NCBI GenBank assembly: GCA_965206645.1
Contig: CBDBKE010000004.1
Coordinates: forward strand, 960,001-1,024,000
From: Terriglobia bacterium
Lineage (GTDB): Bacteria; Acidobacteriota; Terriglobia; JAJPHL01; JAPKYU01
DNA length: 64,000 nucleotides
Reading direction: 5' to 3'
Positions 10,101-21,713 of the stretch are shown piece after piece. Below the pieces are notes generated by a model, which was not told the DNA's origin, searched no databases, and was given only the letters and a program-made list of their open reading frames with translations. Both the position numbers and the translations under genes were made by a program. Numbering within the stretch: position 1 is the first letter of the stretch; every line of letters starts with the position of its first letter.

Positions 10101-11602
10101 CAAGGCGGCTTTCCTCCCAGGGCGCAAAAGGCGGCCCGTTGCATGACAGAGCGAGGAGCTTTCTCTCCCCTCCACAGTTCGAATTGCCTCGCTGCCTGTT
10201 CCAGGAACATCTCCAGGCCGGTAATGATCTGGATGCGCCGCTGCCGGGCCATTCGGACCAGTTTGGTCTCGAGAGGGTTGTACACGGTATCGAACACGAC
10301 TCGTGCGTTCAGTTCGCCGGGGCTGAAGAAGCAAGCTTCGGTATCCGGGTGCATCCCCAGCGGGGTGGCGTGAATGATGGCGTCAAACCGCTCGGTGGAA
10401 AGCACATTGCGCTCCACCACTTCAGCATCTACTTGCTGTGCCAGCTCGGCGGCCTGCTCGGGGCGCCGGGCCACCACCGTCACCCGCGCTTGCCGGCGCG
10501 CCAGGGCAAAGGCGGCCGCGCGCGCTGCGCCCCCGGCGCCGGCCACCAGCACTCGCGCGCCGGCCAGCCGCAAGCGCTTCTCCAGCGGGACGGTGATTCC
10601 CGCCAGGTCCGTGTTGTAGCCGAGCAGCTTTCCGCCGCGCCGGACAATGGTGTTGATCGCGCCCACTTCCCGTGCTTCGGGATCCACCCGTGTGGCGGCG
10701 CACGACATCGCTTCCTTGTGCGGCAGGGTAATGCTGAGTCCCGACAGCCGGTAAGTCTCCAGCGCTTCCAGGAAATCTTCCAGAGACTCCACACGAAACG
10801 GCAGGTAGATGGCATCGCGCCGCCGAGCGGCAAAGGCGGCATTGTGCACCGCTGGTGAAAGGGAATGGGCCACGGGGTTGCCGATGAGCCCGTACACCGC
10901 CGTGCGGCTCGATAGACGGCCCAGCCGGTAGCGTTCCAGCAACTCCTGCCCGGTCAATTGGCCCGCGGCTACAGCTTCGTCGCTCGAGAGGGCGCCGTAG
11001 GTGAACGGGGCACCCCAGGCCACCGATAGCACCCTCGTTGGTACGCCCACCTCTCCCAGGGCAAAGGCCAGAACCTTACCCTTGCCGCGGCCACCCGCAT
11101 TCAGCCCCAGCAACGCGACGTTTTCGCTGTGCTGCCAACTCCGGCCTACGACTTTGTACAGGTCCGCGGAAAACACTGTCAGCCGGCGAAGCGCAGCCTC
11201 CGCCGGTTCCGGGGCCTGTCGATAGTCGTGGAAAGAGAGCAGGAGGCGGGCATCTCGACGCAGCTGGGCGACGGCCCCACGTCCGGCCCGCTCGGCGGAC
11301 TCGATTTCCAGGTCCACAATGTCGGCCCCGGCCTTTCCGCACGCTTGCAGAATGCGCAGTTGCTCCTCCAGCGAGCCTGCGTATTTCCCCCCGGCCACAG
11401 TGGTGCGCAGTGTGGCAATGGCCGGAATCCGGCGCCGACGGAGAGCCTGCATGACCTTGGGCCCTTGCTCAGGGGTCTCCAGGTAATCGAGTCGAACCTC
11501 GACGAAGCGGGCTGAAGGCGGCCGAATCTGCCTGGAACCTGCCAGCACTCCATCGGCCGTAGCCTCCGCCAGAGTCCAGCAAACTCGTGGGAAATGTGGC
11601 AT
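10094..11602 (-). CDS. aroE: Fused type I 3-dehydroquinate dehydratase / shikimate dehydrogenase
   Basis: N-terminal EVRLD, SFHDY, AAGQ; C-terminal GNPVAHSLSP, TLPHK, NTD, GAGGAARA. Confidence 0.92.
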   Translation of the reverse strand: MPHFPRVCWTLAEATADGVLAGSRQIRPPSARFVEVRLDYLETPEQGPKVMQALRRRRIPAIATLRTTVAGGKYAGSLEEQLRILQACGKAGADIVDLEIESAERAGRGAVAQLRRDARLLLSFHDYRQAPEPAEAALRRLTVFSADLYKVVGRSWQHSENVALLGLNAGGRGKGKVLAFALGEVGVPTRVLSVAWGAPFTYGALSSDEAVAAGQLTGQELLERYRLGRLSSRTAVYGLIGNPVAHSLSPAVHNAAFAARRRDAIYLPFRVESLEDFLEALETYRLSGLSITLPHKEAMSCAATRVDPEAREVGAINTIVRRGGKLLGYNTDLAGITVPLEKRLRLAGARVLVAGAGGAARAAAFALARRQARVTVVARRPEQAAELAQQVDAEVVERNVLSTERFDAIIHATPLGMHPDTEACFFSPGELNARVVFDTVYNPLETKLVRMARQRRIQIITGLEMFLEQAARQFELWRGEKAPRSVMQRAAFCALGGKPPWW

Positions 11603-11699
11603 TTGTGCCCAATTGGCCTAGGCTACCATAAGCCCGAGTTTCTTTCCAGTAACCCTCGCCCCGTTGACTCAAGCCTTTCAGTTTGCTACTGTCTAGGGC

Positions 11700-12653
11700 A
11701 TGAAACGGCCAAGAACCATAGCGATTGTGGTGTTGGTTTGCGCTGGTTTACTCAGCACAGCACCCGTGCAGGCCCAGGCTCCGGCTCAGGTTTCCCCTGC
11801 CGAGCTGGGAGAGGTGAGCGGGTACAACTCGCTTTACTGCTCTGGATTTATCAGCGACCGCGTCCTGCAGGAAGGCCTGTTCGTGATGGCCGGCGGCGAG
11901 GCAGGGGACCAGTACGAATTCGCCACCGGAGATATTGTGTTCTTGAGCAAAGGAACGGGCTGGATTGTCAACCCGGACGGCGAATACATCGTCTACCGTC
12001 GCACCAAGGACCTCATCAGGCAGGAAGCCTTCCCAGGGCAGAAGCGCATGCTGAAGCAGCTGGGCACCATGTACATGCAGGTGGGGCGGATCAAGATCAA
12101 TATCGTGCATCGGGAGTCGGCCACGGCTCAGGTCCTGCATGCCTGCGAGTCGATTACCGCAGGGGATTTCCTGATTCCGTTCGACGTGAAAGCGGCAGTG
12201 CCACTAAAGCCGGCCGCCGGGTTCGACCGTTTCGCGCCGGCTTCAGGCAGGACGGTAGGCACCATCGTGACCGGGAAGGAATACGCGAGTCTCCTGGGGA
12301 CCGGCGACATCGCCTATTTGGACATTGGCAGCAACCATGGCGTGGCGATTGGCCAAAACTACCGGATCTTCCGTCCCTTCGGAAACTCGGACCGGAGGAG
12401 CACGCACCCGGACGATCTCGTCCACGCCTTCAGGGGCCAGGCAGGTGGGCACCTCCTCACCAACCCCCGCTATCCGACCCATATTATGGGGAAGCGCATG
12501 GGCCTGCGGCTGAACCGATCCGAGCAACAGCGGCTGCCCCGCGGCGTGCTGGGCGAACTGGTGATCCTGCACGTGGAACCCCGCTCAGCTACGGGCTTGC
12601 TCTCCTTTTCTCAGAAGGAAATTTTTGCGGGCGATCAGGTGGAATTGGAGTAG
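11700..12653 (+). CDS. Secreted hypothetical beta-rich protein (FlgT C-terminal-like)
   Basis: Signal peptide ending AQA; repeated GDIVFL/GDIAYLDIG and GDQVE motifs. Confidence 0.6.
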   Translation: MKRPRTIAIVVLVCAGLLSTAPVQAQAPAQVSPAELGEVSGYNSLYCSGFISDRVLQEGLFVMAGGEAGDQYEFATGDIVFLSKGTGWIVNPDGEYIVYRRTKDLIRQEAFPGQKRMLKQLGTMYMQVGRIKINIVHRESATAQVLHACESITAGDFLIPFDVKAAVPLKPAAGFDRFAPASGRTVGTIVTGKEYASLLGTGDIAYLDIGSNHGVAIGQNYRIFRPFGNSDRRSTHPDDLVHAFRGQAGGHLLTNPRYPTHIMGKRMGLRLNRSEQQRLPRGVLGELVILHVEPRSATGLLSFSQKEIFAGDQVELE

Positions 12654-13264
12654 GCTTCCCGACTCGTCTCTCCAAAGACTTCGGCGGTGAACATCTCCAG
12701 CCGGACCCCGGCGCACCAGGCATTGGGGGCAAGGTTGGCTTTCAGGCAAGTTTCTTCCAGGAATTTCCGCGCATCCCACCCGAACTGGACGGCCACCTGT
12801 GGCAGCAGCAAACCCCGATAATTTCCCTGGCTAACCATCAGTCCGTGCTGGCCGATGACGATCCGCTCCTCGGCGATGTGGGAGTCCAGCTCCGTCATGG
12901 GTGAGAGAATGGAGATCTCAATGTCCACCTCGCTCAACTCTTCTCTGGGCAGCGGAGGAAACCGTGGGTCATGAAGTGCGGCCGAGGTCGCTGCCTCAAT
13001 CACGGCGCGGTACAGGGGCTGGCGTGCGGCGAGGTGGCCGATACACCCTCGTAGCTGCTGCTGCTTGTGGAGGCTGACGAATACGCCAGCAGGGATACTG
13101 AGCCGTCCTCCCGGATCGTGCAGTTGCGGTACATGGTTTTCACGGACCGTGGCGGCGATCGCCTGCCGGGCAATCTGCAACAAGCGCTTGCGCTCCTCTT
13201 CTCCTAGTGGCGAGGGCAGGGCCGGGGGAGCCGGCGGCGGGATCGCTTCACTGGGCGGTGCCAT
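12635..13264 (-). CDS. amrA: AmmeMemoRadiSam system protein A (AMMECR1 domain)
   Basis: GVFVSL, LRGCIG, DPRFPP, GLLLPQVA, CLKA. Confidence 0.93.
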   Translation of the reverse strand: MAPPSEAIPPPAPPALPSPLGEEERKRLLQIARQAIAATVRENHVPQLHDPGGRLSIPAGVFVSLHKQQQLRGCIGHLAARQPLYRAVIEAATSAALHDPRFPPLPREELSEVDIEISILSPMTELDSHIAEERIVIGQHGLMVSQGNYRGLLLPQVAVQFGWDARKFLEETCLKANLAPNAWCAGVRLEMFTAEVFGETSREAYSNST

Positions 13265-13853
13265 CGCTCTTGCGCCTCTTCAGTAAGCCTTGCCGGCCAC
13301 GAATGCTTTCTTTCACGCGCAGATCAATCTGCCGCCAGAAGCGGTAAAAATAGCCAACCGCCGAGGCAATTGCAAAGATCACCACCAACCACAGTGCGAC
13401 CGTGCCGAGCAGGCTAATCCGCTCGTCGCGCAACCCTAAAAGAATCAGGATCACGGCGATGATTTGCGTCACCATCTTGGCCTTGCCCAGTTCGGAGGCC
13501 TGAATGGTAAATCCCTGCGTGGAAGCGATGTTGCGCAAGCCAGCCACGGCAAATTCTCGCCCGATGATGACTACCGCCATCCAGGCCTGCACTGCCCCGA
13601 GTTCCACAAGGGAAATGAATGCTGCGGAAATCAGCATCTTGTCGGCCACCGGATCCAGCAACATGCCCAACGTGGTGACCTGATCGCGACGTCGCGCAAA
13701 GTAGCCGTCCAGCGAATCGGTGGCCCCTGCAATCAGCAGGATGGCACTGGCCCACAATTCTTTGCCCGGGACCAGGTTTCGCGTTAGCAACACCGCAAGA
13801 AGGACCGGGATCAGAAAGATTCGCGAAACCGTCAGGGCGTTGGGAAGATTCAT
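13248..13853 (-). CDS. pgsA: CDP-diacylglycerol--glycerol-3-phosphate 3-phosphatidyltransferase
   Basis: MNLPNALT; TDSLDGYFARR...GMLLDPVADK motif. Confidence 0.93.
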   Translation of the reverse strand: MNLPNALTVSRIFLIPVLLAVLLTRNLVPGKELWASAILLIAGATDSLDGYFARRRDQVTTLGMLLDPVADKMLISAAFISLVELGAVQAWMAVVIIGREFAVAGLRNIASTQGFTIQASELGKAKMVTQIIAVILILLGLRDERISLLGTVALWLVVIFAIASAVGYFYRFWRQIDLRVKESIRGRQGLLKRRKSDGTAQ

Positions 13854-13960
13854 TGGCCCGATTTACCCCGCAATATACCAAACCGCCGCCAGACCAGCAA
13901 CGACCGCTCTTAGCCGTGAGAAAGACCTAGGAGCGCCGTAACAGCGCCCTGCCAGGCCAA

Positions 13961-14090
13961 CTCTTCGGTTTAGGTGACCACAGGCCCGGTTCTCCCTTCT
14001 CTCCCGGTAAGTGCAGGCACGGTAAGCGCAGACCCGCAAACCAGTTCCCGAAGGGCATCTCCCGGACAGGAGAACCCAGTAAACCAAGAG
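13961..14090. other. Long imperfect hairpin, candidate structured RNA
   Basis: CTCTT-GGTTTA pairs with TAAACC-AAGAG; inner GGTTCTCC pairs with GGAGAACC. Confidence 0.35.
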
Positions 14091-14123
14091 AAGTTCCGAG
14101 CGGGAAAGCTATTCGAGCTCGTC

Positions 14124-15443
14124 TTATTCCAGTTCGACCAAGGCATACTTCTTCAGGCGCTGCAAGACGGACGCGGGGACTTCGGCTTCGACCTGCACTC
14201 GCCCGTCGACAAAATCCCGGCGCACAACTCGGGCATGGTCGTAGAGAAAGGAAAGCGCGCTACCCGCAGTAAGAGGAAAAGAGAACCGCGCCAGCGAGAC
14301 CGCATCCACGTCCAGCCGCGCATCTATGGCCGCCAGCAAGGCGGGCAGATTTTCCCCGGTCAGCGCTGAGAGCGCGCAGCCTTCCGGCTCGACCCACAGC
14401 GGGTAGCGCTGTTCCGGCGGCAGCAGGTCAATCTTGTTTAACACCCTCAGTCGTGGTTTGTCACTCGCCCCAAGCTCTTCCAGCACCTTCACCACGTGCT
14501 GGTCCTGCTCCTCGATGAGAGCAGAACTGGCGTCGGTGACGTGCAGGATCAGGGCGGCCTCCCGAACTTCTTCCAGGGTGGCGCGAAACGCCTGGATCAG
14601 GGTAGTGGGCAGCTTCCGCAGAAAGCCAACCGTGTCAGAGAGCAACGCGCGTCGTCCGCTGGGGAGAGTCAGAGCCCGGAGTGTGGGGTCCAGCGTGGCG
14701 AACATTTGCGGCGAGGTGTACACCTCGCCGCCGGTCAGCCGGTTGAACAGAGTGGACTTGCCGGCATTGGTGTAGCCCACCAGAGCCACGGGCAGAAGGG
14801 GCACCGACGCCCGTTTGTTGCGCTGGCGGGCGCGCTGATCGCGGACACGTTCCAGCGCCTCCTCTACACGGCTGATCCGGTGGTGGATGCGGCGCCGGTC
14901 CATTTCCAGCTGCGTCTCGCCCGGCCCGCGTGTTCCGATGCCGCCGCCCAACCGCGACATCTCCGTCCCTCGGCCGGTCAAGCGCGGCAGCAGGTAGTTC
15001 AACTGCGCCAGTTCCACCTGAAGCTGGCCCTCCCGCGTGCGGGCGTGCCGGGCGAAAATGTCCAAGATGAGCTGCGTGCGGTCCACCACCTTGCATTCCA
15101 GCTTCCGCTCCACATTGCGCAACTGGGTAGGAGACAGATCGTGGTCGAAGATGACCACGTCGGCGGAAAGGGCGGGGATCAGGCCGGCCAACTCCTGAAG
15201 CTTGCCACCGCCGATCAGGGTGGCCGGTTCGGGAGCTTCCCGTGCCTGGAGTGAAGCATGGAGCACCTGCGCTCCGGCGCTGCCGGCCAATTGCTTCAGT
15301 TCCGCCAGAGACTCCTCAGCGGAAACATCGGCCGTGGCCGCGGCCCTACGAGACCGCTTCAGCTTCAAGCCGACCAGGATCGCTTTTCCCCGCTGCTGCG
15401 CGTCCCGGTGACGACGATCATTTTGCGGATTGTTGGAGCGAAT
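14124..15443 (-). CDS. hflX: GTPase HflX (start uncertain, possibly ATT)
   Basis: DRTQLILDIF, GTRGPGET, GYTNAGKST, DTVGF, NKID; KAILVG lies upstream of the first TTG. Confidence 0.95.
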   Translation of the reverse strand: MRSNNPQNDRRHRDAQQRGKAILVGLKLKRSRRAAATADVSAEESLAELKQLAGSAGAQVLHASLQAREAPEPATLIGGGKLQELAGLIPALSADVVIFDHDLSPTQLRNVERKLECKVVDRTQLILDIFARHARTREGQLQVELAQLNYLLPRLTGRGTEMSRLGGGIGTRGPGETQLEMDRRRIHHRISRVEEALERVRDQRARQRNKRASVPLLPVALVGYTNAGKSTLFNRLTGGEVYTSPQMFATLDPTLRALTLPSGRRALLSDTVGFLRKLPTTLIQAFRATLEEVREAALILHVTDASSALIEEQDQHVVKVLEELGASDKPRLRVLNKIDLLPPEQRYPLWVEPEGCALSALTGENLPALLAAIDARLDVDAVSLARFSFPLTAGSALSFLYDHARVVRRDFVDGRVQVEAEVPASVLQRLKKYALVELE

Positions 15444-15445
15444 AA

Positions 15446-15757
15446 TTAGCCCTCGGTCACTTCGGCGCCCTCGGTTACTTCGACGCTGGATGGCGCAGGT
15501 TGGGGCTGCTCCGGCGTCTGGGCAGCCGGCGGCGTGGGCGCAGACGCATGCGTCCGGGTCATCACCACCGTCGAGATCGCGTGCTTGAAAATCAACTGCT
15601 CCTGGCTGCTGGTCTCCAGGATCAGCGAGTATTTGTCGAAGCTCTTGATCCTTCCCAACAGTTTGACGCCACTGACCAAGTAAAGTGTGACTGCCGTTTT
15701 CTCCTTGCGCGCCATGTTGAGAAAGGAATCCTGTATGTTTTGAGCTGCCCTGTCCAT
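15446..15757 (-). CDS. hfq: RNA chaperone Hfq
   Basis: [32 protein letters not shown]; directly upstream of hflX. Confidence 0.96.
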   Translation of the reverse strand: MDRAAQNIQDSFLNMARKEKTAVTLYLVSGVKLLGRIKSFDKYSLILETSSQEQLIFKHAISTVVMTRTHASAPTPPAAQTPEQPQPAPSSVEVTEGAEVTEG

Positions 15758-15920
15758 ATGCTTCTCCCGGGTCTTCTTCCTGCGAATATTGTACCGCTGC
15801 CCGCGCAGCTCTGCAAGGCGCACACGGGCTTTCGGCTTTTTCTCCCGGAACCTGCGCTTCGTCACCGCCTCTACTATCCGCCCTGCTGCCCCTTGGTAAC
15901 CTGTTGGTAGCCTGCCGCCG

Positions 15921-15929
15921 TGGTACAAT
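15921..15929 (+). promoter_or_regulatory. Extended -10 promoter directly before guaB ATG
   Basis: TGgTACAAT ends 5 nt before ATG 15935; no Shine-Dalgarno. Confidence 0.55.
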
Positions 15930-15934
15930 GCAAC

Positions 15935-17401
<1,467 letters not shown>

Positions 17402-17444
17402 CCGCTGGACTAAGCTGGCAGTTGGACTAAGCGGTCGGACTGTG

Positions 17445-18704
17445 TTACGCCCGGCCGGTCTTCTCCCCACTGCCTAGGCGCAGGGAAAGCACCAGCAAGG
17501 CCCCCAACATCCCCAGGCTCGCTGACAGTGCAAACGGCACGGCCGGCCCAAAGCGCTCCCAGAGTTGCCCGGTAATCAGGCTGGCAGCTAGCACCAGTGA
17601 CCCGTTGACAGAGGCCAGAATCCCATAAGCCCGTCCCCTCAGGTGTGCGGGAACCGCGTCCGCCACCATTGCCTTCAGCACCCCTTCGGACAGAGCGTAG
17701 TACAAGCCATAGAAAGCGAACAGCGTCCAAACCTGCCAGGGGGCCTCGACCAGAGCGAACCCGGCGTACACACACGCGAACACCAGGTAGCCCCCAGCCA
17801 ACAGCCATTTTCGGGGCAGGCGGTCCGAGAGGTGGCCTAGCGGCCAGGCCAGCGATGTGTAGGTGAGGTTGAACACCAGGCCAAGCGCAGGAGCCCAGGA
17901 CGTCATACCCAACTGGTGCGCACGCAACACCAGGAACAGGTCGCTGGAATTACCCAGGGCAAACACCCCTACGGCCAGCAGCAACCAGCGAAACCGCCGG
18001 GGCAGGCGTTCGGAAGAAGGCGGGTCGGCGTGCCCTGGTGGCTGCGGAGCCTGCCTCCGGCCGGGGCCTGTCTCGCGCACCGCCCAGACCACCACCAGCA
18101 CGCTCATGGCGCCGGGGATCGCTGCCACCAGGAAGATCGTTCGCAGATCAAAGTGATGTCGCAGCAGCAGTAAAGCGAGCAAGGGACCGAGGATGGCTCC
18201 TGCCGAATCCATCGCCTGACGAAAGCCGAAGGCAGAGCCCCGCCGAGCCTGCTCGACGGATTCGGCCAGCATCGCGTCGCGCGGCGCTGTGCGGATTCCT
18301 TTGGAAAATCGGTCGGTGGTGCGAATCGTCAGAACGTGAAGCGGTGTTGCGGCCCAGGCCAGCAGCGGCTTCACCGCATTGGCCCCCACGTAGCCCGCCA
18401 CTACGAAGGGCTTGCGGCGACCGACCCGGTCGGTCCACCAACCCGACAGCAGCCGTGAGAAGTTGGCGCAAGCCTCGGCAATTCCTTCAATCCAGCCCAA
18501 GGCCGCCGGGCCGGCGCCTAGCGGTCCCACCAGGAAAAGCGGCAGGAGCCAATAGGCCATCTCGGTTGCGGTGTCGTTGAAGAAGCTGGCAAACCCGAGC
18601 GCCGGAACATTGCGCCGCCGCGCCGAAAGTTGCTCGGCATTGGGAACAGCGCCAAGTCCGTTGTCATGCGCCAGTGCCTCGGTGCCTTCTCCAGGACCCT
18701 TCAC
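17445..18704 (-). CDS. MFS transporter (start approximate)
   Basis: Multiple TM helices; SFFNDTATEM, DRVGRRK, APRDAMLAES, AMDSAGA. Confidence 0.9.
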   Translation of the reverse strand: MKGPGEGTEALAHDNGLGAVPNAEQLSARRRNVPALGFASFFNDTATEMAYWLLPLFLVGPLGAGPAALGWIEGIAEACANFSRLLSGWWTDRVGRRKPFVVAGYVGANAVKPLLAWAATPLHVLTIRTTDRFSKGIRTAPRDAMLAESVEQARRGSAFGFRQAMDSAGAILGPLLALLLLRHHFDLRTIFLVAAIPGAMSVLVVVWAVRETGPGRRQAPQPPGHADPPSSERLPRRFRWLLLAVGVFALGNSSDLFLVLRAHQLGMTSWAPALGLVFNLTYTSLAWPLGHLSDRLPRKWLLAGGYLVFACVYAGFALVEAPWQVWTLFAFYGLYYALSEGVLKAMVADAVPAHLRGRAYGILASVNGSLVLAASLITGQLWERFGPAVPFALSASLGMLGALLVLSLRLGSGEKTGRA

Positions 18705-18793
18705 CTTGCGCGCCTCTACTCCTTTCCCTAGTCCTTTCCGGTCCGTGGTCCTTCCGGTGATGCTGCTGCCCTGCCTCGGTTCTGTCAGGGAAA

Positions 18794-20095
18794 TTAGACA
18801 GCGGGAGGATTGGGGGGTGCAGGACCGCACATGGGGCAACCTACGGGCCTGCGGATGATCGTGGTGTCCCTGGGGAACAACGACGCTAGCGACCAGTCCA
18901 GGGCCACCTGGATTTGCTTCTTCAAGCCGACGAGCTTGAACAGGTGCACCGCATTCCAGAACAGCCAGGCCAGGAAGCCGCTGAATTGAATCCCCATCAG
19001 GTCGATCACTGCATCGTTCATTCCGAGCGAAACCAGATAACCTTGTGGCTGAAACTCGGCGGCAAGCAGGGCTGCCCGTGAATTGCCGCCAGCAAGCCGC
19101 AGAATGTTCTCCGCCGCCACCCGTCCGTGGACGATTGCCAGGGGCGCCACGCGCGGCGACTGCTCCGGAGGCCAACCCGCGACCACCGCATTGTCCCCGA
19201 TGAGGAACACTTCCGGATGCCCTTCCAGTTGCAGGAAAGGATTGACCACCGCGCGGCCAAGACGGTCGTGGGGTCCGGGCAATGTCTCCACCAGAGGGTG
19301 CGCGCGAACCCCGGCAGTCCAGACCATCAGCCCAGCCGGCTCCACCCGGCTGCCATTCAATTCCACTGCCTCAGGCAGACACCGCGTTACCGCGGTTGAG
19401 GTGAGTACAGTAATCCCTTGCGCTTCCAGCTTCCTCGCGGCGCGCCGGGCCAGGCGGGGGTCGACACCAGCCAGAATGTTCGGACTGGCTTCCAGCAACA
19501 GCAGGCGGACATCAGCCGGGGAGATACCCCGGTAGCGTCTCAGTACGTGCCCGAAGATCAGGTCCTGGAGCTCGGCGACGGTCTCCACGCCCGTGTAGCC
19601 GCCGCCGATGACCACCAGGCTCAGCAGACGGCGGCGCCGCTCCGGGTCCGGCTCGTGATCGGCGTGCTCGAACAGATCCAGCAGGCGGTCGCGGAGTTGG
19701 ATGGCGCCTTCCAACGTCTTCAGGGGAAAACAGTGTGCGGCCGCGCCGGGAATGCCGAAGTAGTCGGTGACGCTGCCCGGCGCCAGCACCAGAAAGTCGT
19801 ACTCCATCTCGCCACCGTCGTGGAACTGTAGCTTTTTGCCCGGCAGGTTGACGGCTGCGACTTCCTCCCGACGAAAGTCAAAACGGCGCTGGCGCCGGAT
19901 GTCGCGAACCGTCTGAATGATGTGGCGCGGCTCGATGTAGCAGGAAACAATTTGAGGAAGCAGCGGGGTGAATAGCAGGTAGTTCTGATCGCTGACCAGG
20001 GTCAGGGTGACATCGCGGCGCGCCCGCCAGCGCGCTTCCAGGCGCGCCACGGTTTCCAGACCTCCGAAGCCCGCTCCCAGGATCACCACCCGCAT
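18794..20095 (-). CDS. ndh: Type II NADH dehydrogenase-like FAD oxidoreductase
   Basis: GAGFGG, FTPLLP, GGGYTGVE, WTAGV, IGD. Confidence 0.88.
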   Translation of the reverse strand: MRVVILGAGFGGLETVARLEARWRARRDVTLTLVSDQNYLLFTPLLPQIVSCYIEPRHIIQTVRDIRRQRRFDFRREEVAAVNLPGKKLQFHDGGEMEYDFLVLAPGSVTDYFGIPGAAAHCFPLKTLEGAIQLRDRLLDLFEHADHEPDPERRRRLLSLVVIGGGYTGVETVAELQDLIFGHVLRRYRGISPADVRLLLLEASPNILAGVDPRLARRAARKLEAQGITVLTSTAVTRCLPEAVELNGSRVEPAGLMVWTAGVRAHPLVETLPGPHDRLGRAVVNPFLQLEGHPEVFLIGDNAVVAGWPPEQSPRVAPLAIVHGRVAAENILRLAGGNSRAALLAAEFQPQGYLVSLGMNDAVIDLMGIQFSGFLAWLFWNAVHLFKLVGLKKQIQVALDWSLASLFPRDTTIIRRPVGCPMCGPAPPNPPAV

Positions 20096-20189
20096 GCGTT
20101 CCCTCTTTCTCCCGACTGCTCCACCGACGGCCCACTATACTGCCTCGAGCAGTCGGACAACCGCAACCGCGCTGGTGTACAATTATCGT

Positions 20190-20870
20190 ATGAAGCGGCT
20201 GAATCCCTTGTGCGTGCTTTTCCCGCCGGCTCTGCTCGCTGCGGCCCTAATGGCACTGGTAGCGCCCGTATCCCCAGGGCAGACCCCGGCGGCCGGATCC
20301 GGACAGCACATCGTTTACGAAGGCATTGTCTCCCTAAAGGGAAAGACCATTGGGACTACCATCCTGTTGGAAAGCTCCAGCAATGCCGGGACGAATGCAG
20401 GCTCTGGGACCACGGTGACCGGGTGGATTCAGCGGCACGACTTTTTTTCCATCGACTCCGGCCACATGGACGCTGACAGGATCGTGTTCACTTCCGGCGG
20501 CAACCACTACACCATCAACCGGCGCACCAACCGCATCAGCTATTCCGGGCCGGACGGCAGCGGCAACAGACGGGTGGCGGAGATGACCTACATCAGCGGG
20601 CGCGTCTATCGCGTGACCGAGCCCGCCGCCGGCCGAGGGGAGATCACGCTGGAGACGGATCGAGGGGAAAAAGCATGCTTGGTGGGCGCACCTTCCGTGT
20701 GGAAGCGAGCCGGTCCGCCAATCGACAACTTTCCCCGGCTGGAAGAGGTGGTGGGCAAAACGGTCGGTGCCTGGCTTGCTAAGAGCGGTGGTATCCGCTA
20801 CCTGGCCGTCTTGGAAGAACCCGAAGGCATGGACTTGCAGAAAAAGCGCCCCAAGAAGAAAAAGAAATAG
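20190..20870 (+). CDS. Secreted hypothetical protein with Lys-rich tail
   Basis: Signal peptide; TACAAT ends 6 nt before ATG; ends KKRPKKKKK. Confidence 0.65.
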   Translation: MKRLNPLCVLFPPALLAAALMALVAPVSPGQTPAAGSGQHIVYEGIVSLKGKTIGTTILLESSSNAGTNAGSGTTVTGWIQRHDFFSIDSGHMDADRIVFTSGGNHYTINRRTNRISYSGPDGSGNRRVAEMTYISGRVYRVTEPAAGRGEITLETDRGEKACLVGAPSVWKRAGPPIDNFPRLEEVVGKTVGAWLAKSGGIRYLAVLEEPEGMDLQKKRPKKKKK

Positions 20871-20895
20871 GTCAAGGGGCTGGCATTCCTGCGGG

Positions 20896-21504
20896 CTACT
20901 TCGCCCCCGCGTAGTTCTCCGCAACCCGATCCCAGTTGACGAGGTTCCACCAAGCCTCGATGTACTCAGGTCGACGGTTCTGGTACTTGAGGTAGTAGGC
21001 GTGTTCCCAAACGTCGAGTCCCAGGATAGGTGTCCCTCCCTCCATCAAGGGGCTGTCTTGGTTGGGCGTGGAACCTACGACCAGCTTGCCGCCCGACAAG
21101 TACAGCCATGCCCAACCCGAACCAAAGCGAGTTTTGGCCGCTCCAGAAAACTTCTCTTTGAAGCCTCCAAAGGAACCGAAGGTGGACTTGATGGCCTGGG
21201 CTAAGTCCCCTTTGGGCTCGCCCCCCCCGCCCTTCTTCATGACCGCCCAGAAGAGCGAGTGGTTGTAATGACCACCCCCGTTGTTGCGGACGGCGGTGCG
21301 GATCCCCTCCGGTACCTTGTTTAGATCAGCAACCAGCTCGCCGATGGATTTCTTTTGCAGTTCCGACTGAGGCTCAAGAGCTGCGTTTACATTACTCACA
21401 TAAGTCGCGTGGTGCTTCCCGTGATGGATTTCCATCGTCTTGGCATCAATGTATGGTTCCAGCGCGTCGAACGCGTACGGGAGCTCTGGGAGTTTATAGG
21501 ACAT
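20896..21504 (-). CDS. sodA: Mn/Fe superoxide dismutase
   Basis: [27 protein letters not shown]. Confidence 0.95.
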   Translation of the reverse strand: MSYKLPELPYAFDALEPYIDAKTMEIHHGKHHATYVSNVNAALEPQSELQKKSIGELVADLNKVPEGIRTAVRNNGGGHYNHSLFWAVMKKGGGGEPKGDLAQAIKSTFGSFGGFKEKFSGAAKTRFGSGWAWLYLSGGKLVVGSTPNQDSPLMEGGTPILGLDVWEHAYYLKYQNRRPEYIEAWWNLVNWDRVAENYAGAK

Positions 21505-21557
21505 TCGGGTCTCCTTTCTGCATACTCCTGTAATGGCGGTCCTTGGGACAGGAAAGG

Positions 21558-21596
21558 ATACCGCAAGATCGCGAAGAATACCGCAAGATCTTGAAG
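21558..21596. repeat. Direct repeat with 20-bp period between divergent sod and gntK
   Basis: ATACCGCAAGATCnnGAAG at 21558 and 21578. Confidence 0.7.
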
Positions 21597-21713
21597 CAAC
21601 TCAGAGATTGGGAAGAAGTGTGCCCCCCTTCTTGAACTAACTCTTGTCCTGACGGGCCGCCTTGCTGCCGTGGGTGCGCTGGCCTGCGGGGCAGAGTACA
21701 ATGTCTTTTTACC

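Noticed and set aside
18705-19175. Long N-terminal extension of the MFS ORF
   Set aside because: Overlaps ndh in another frame and has non-protein-like composition.
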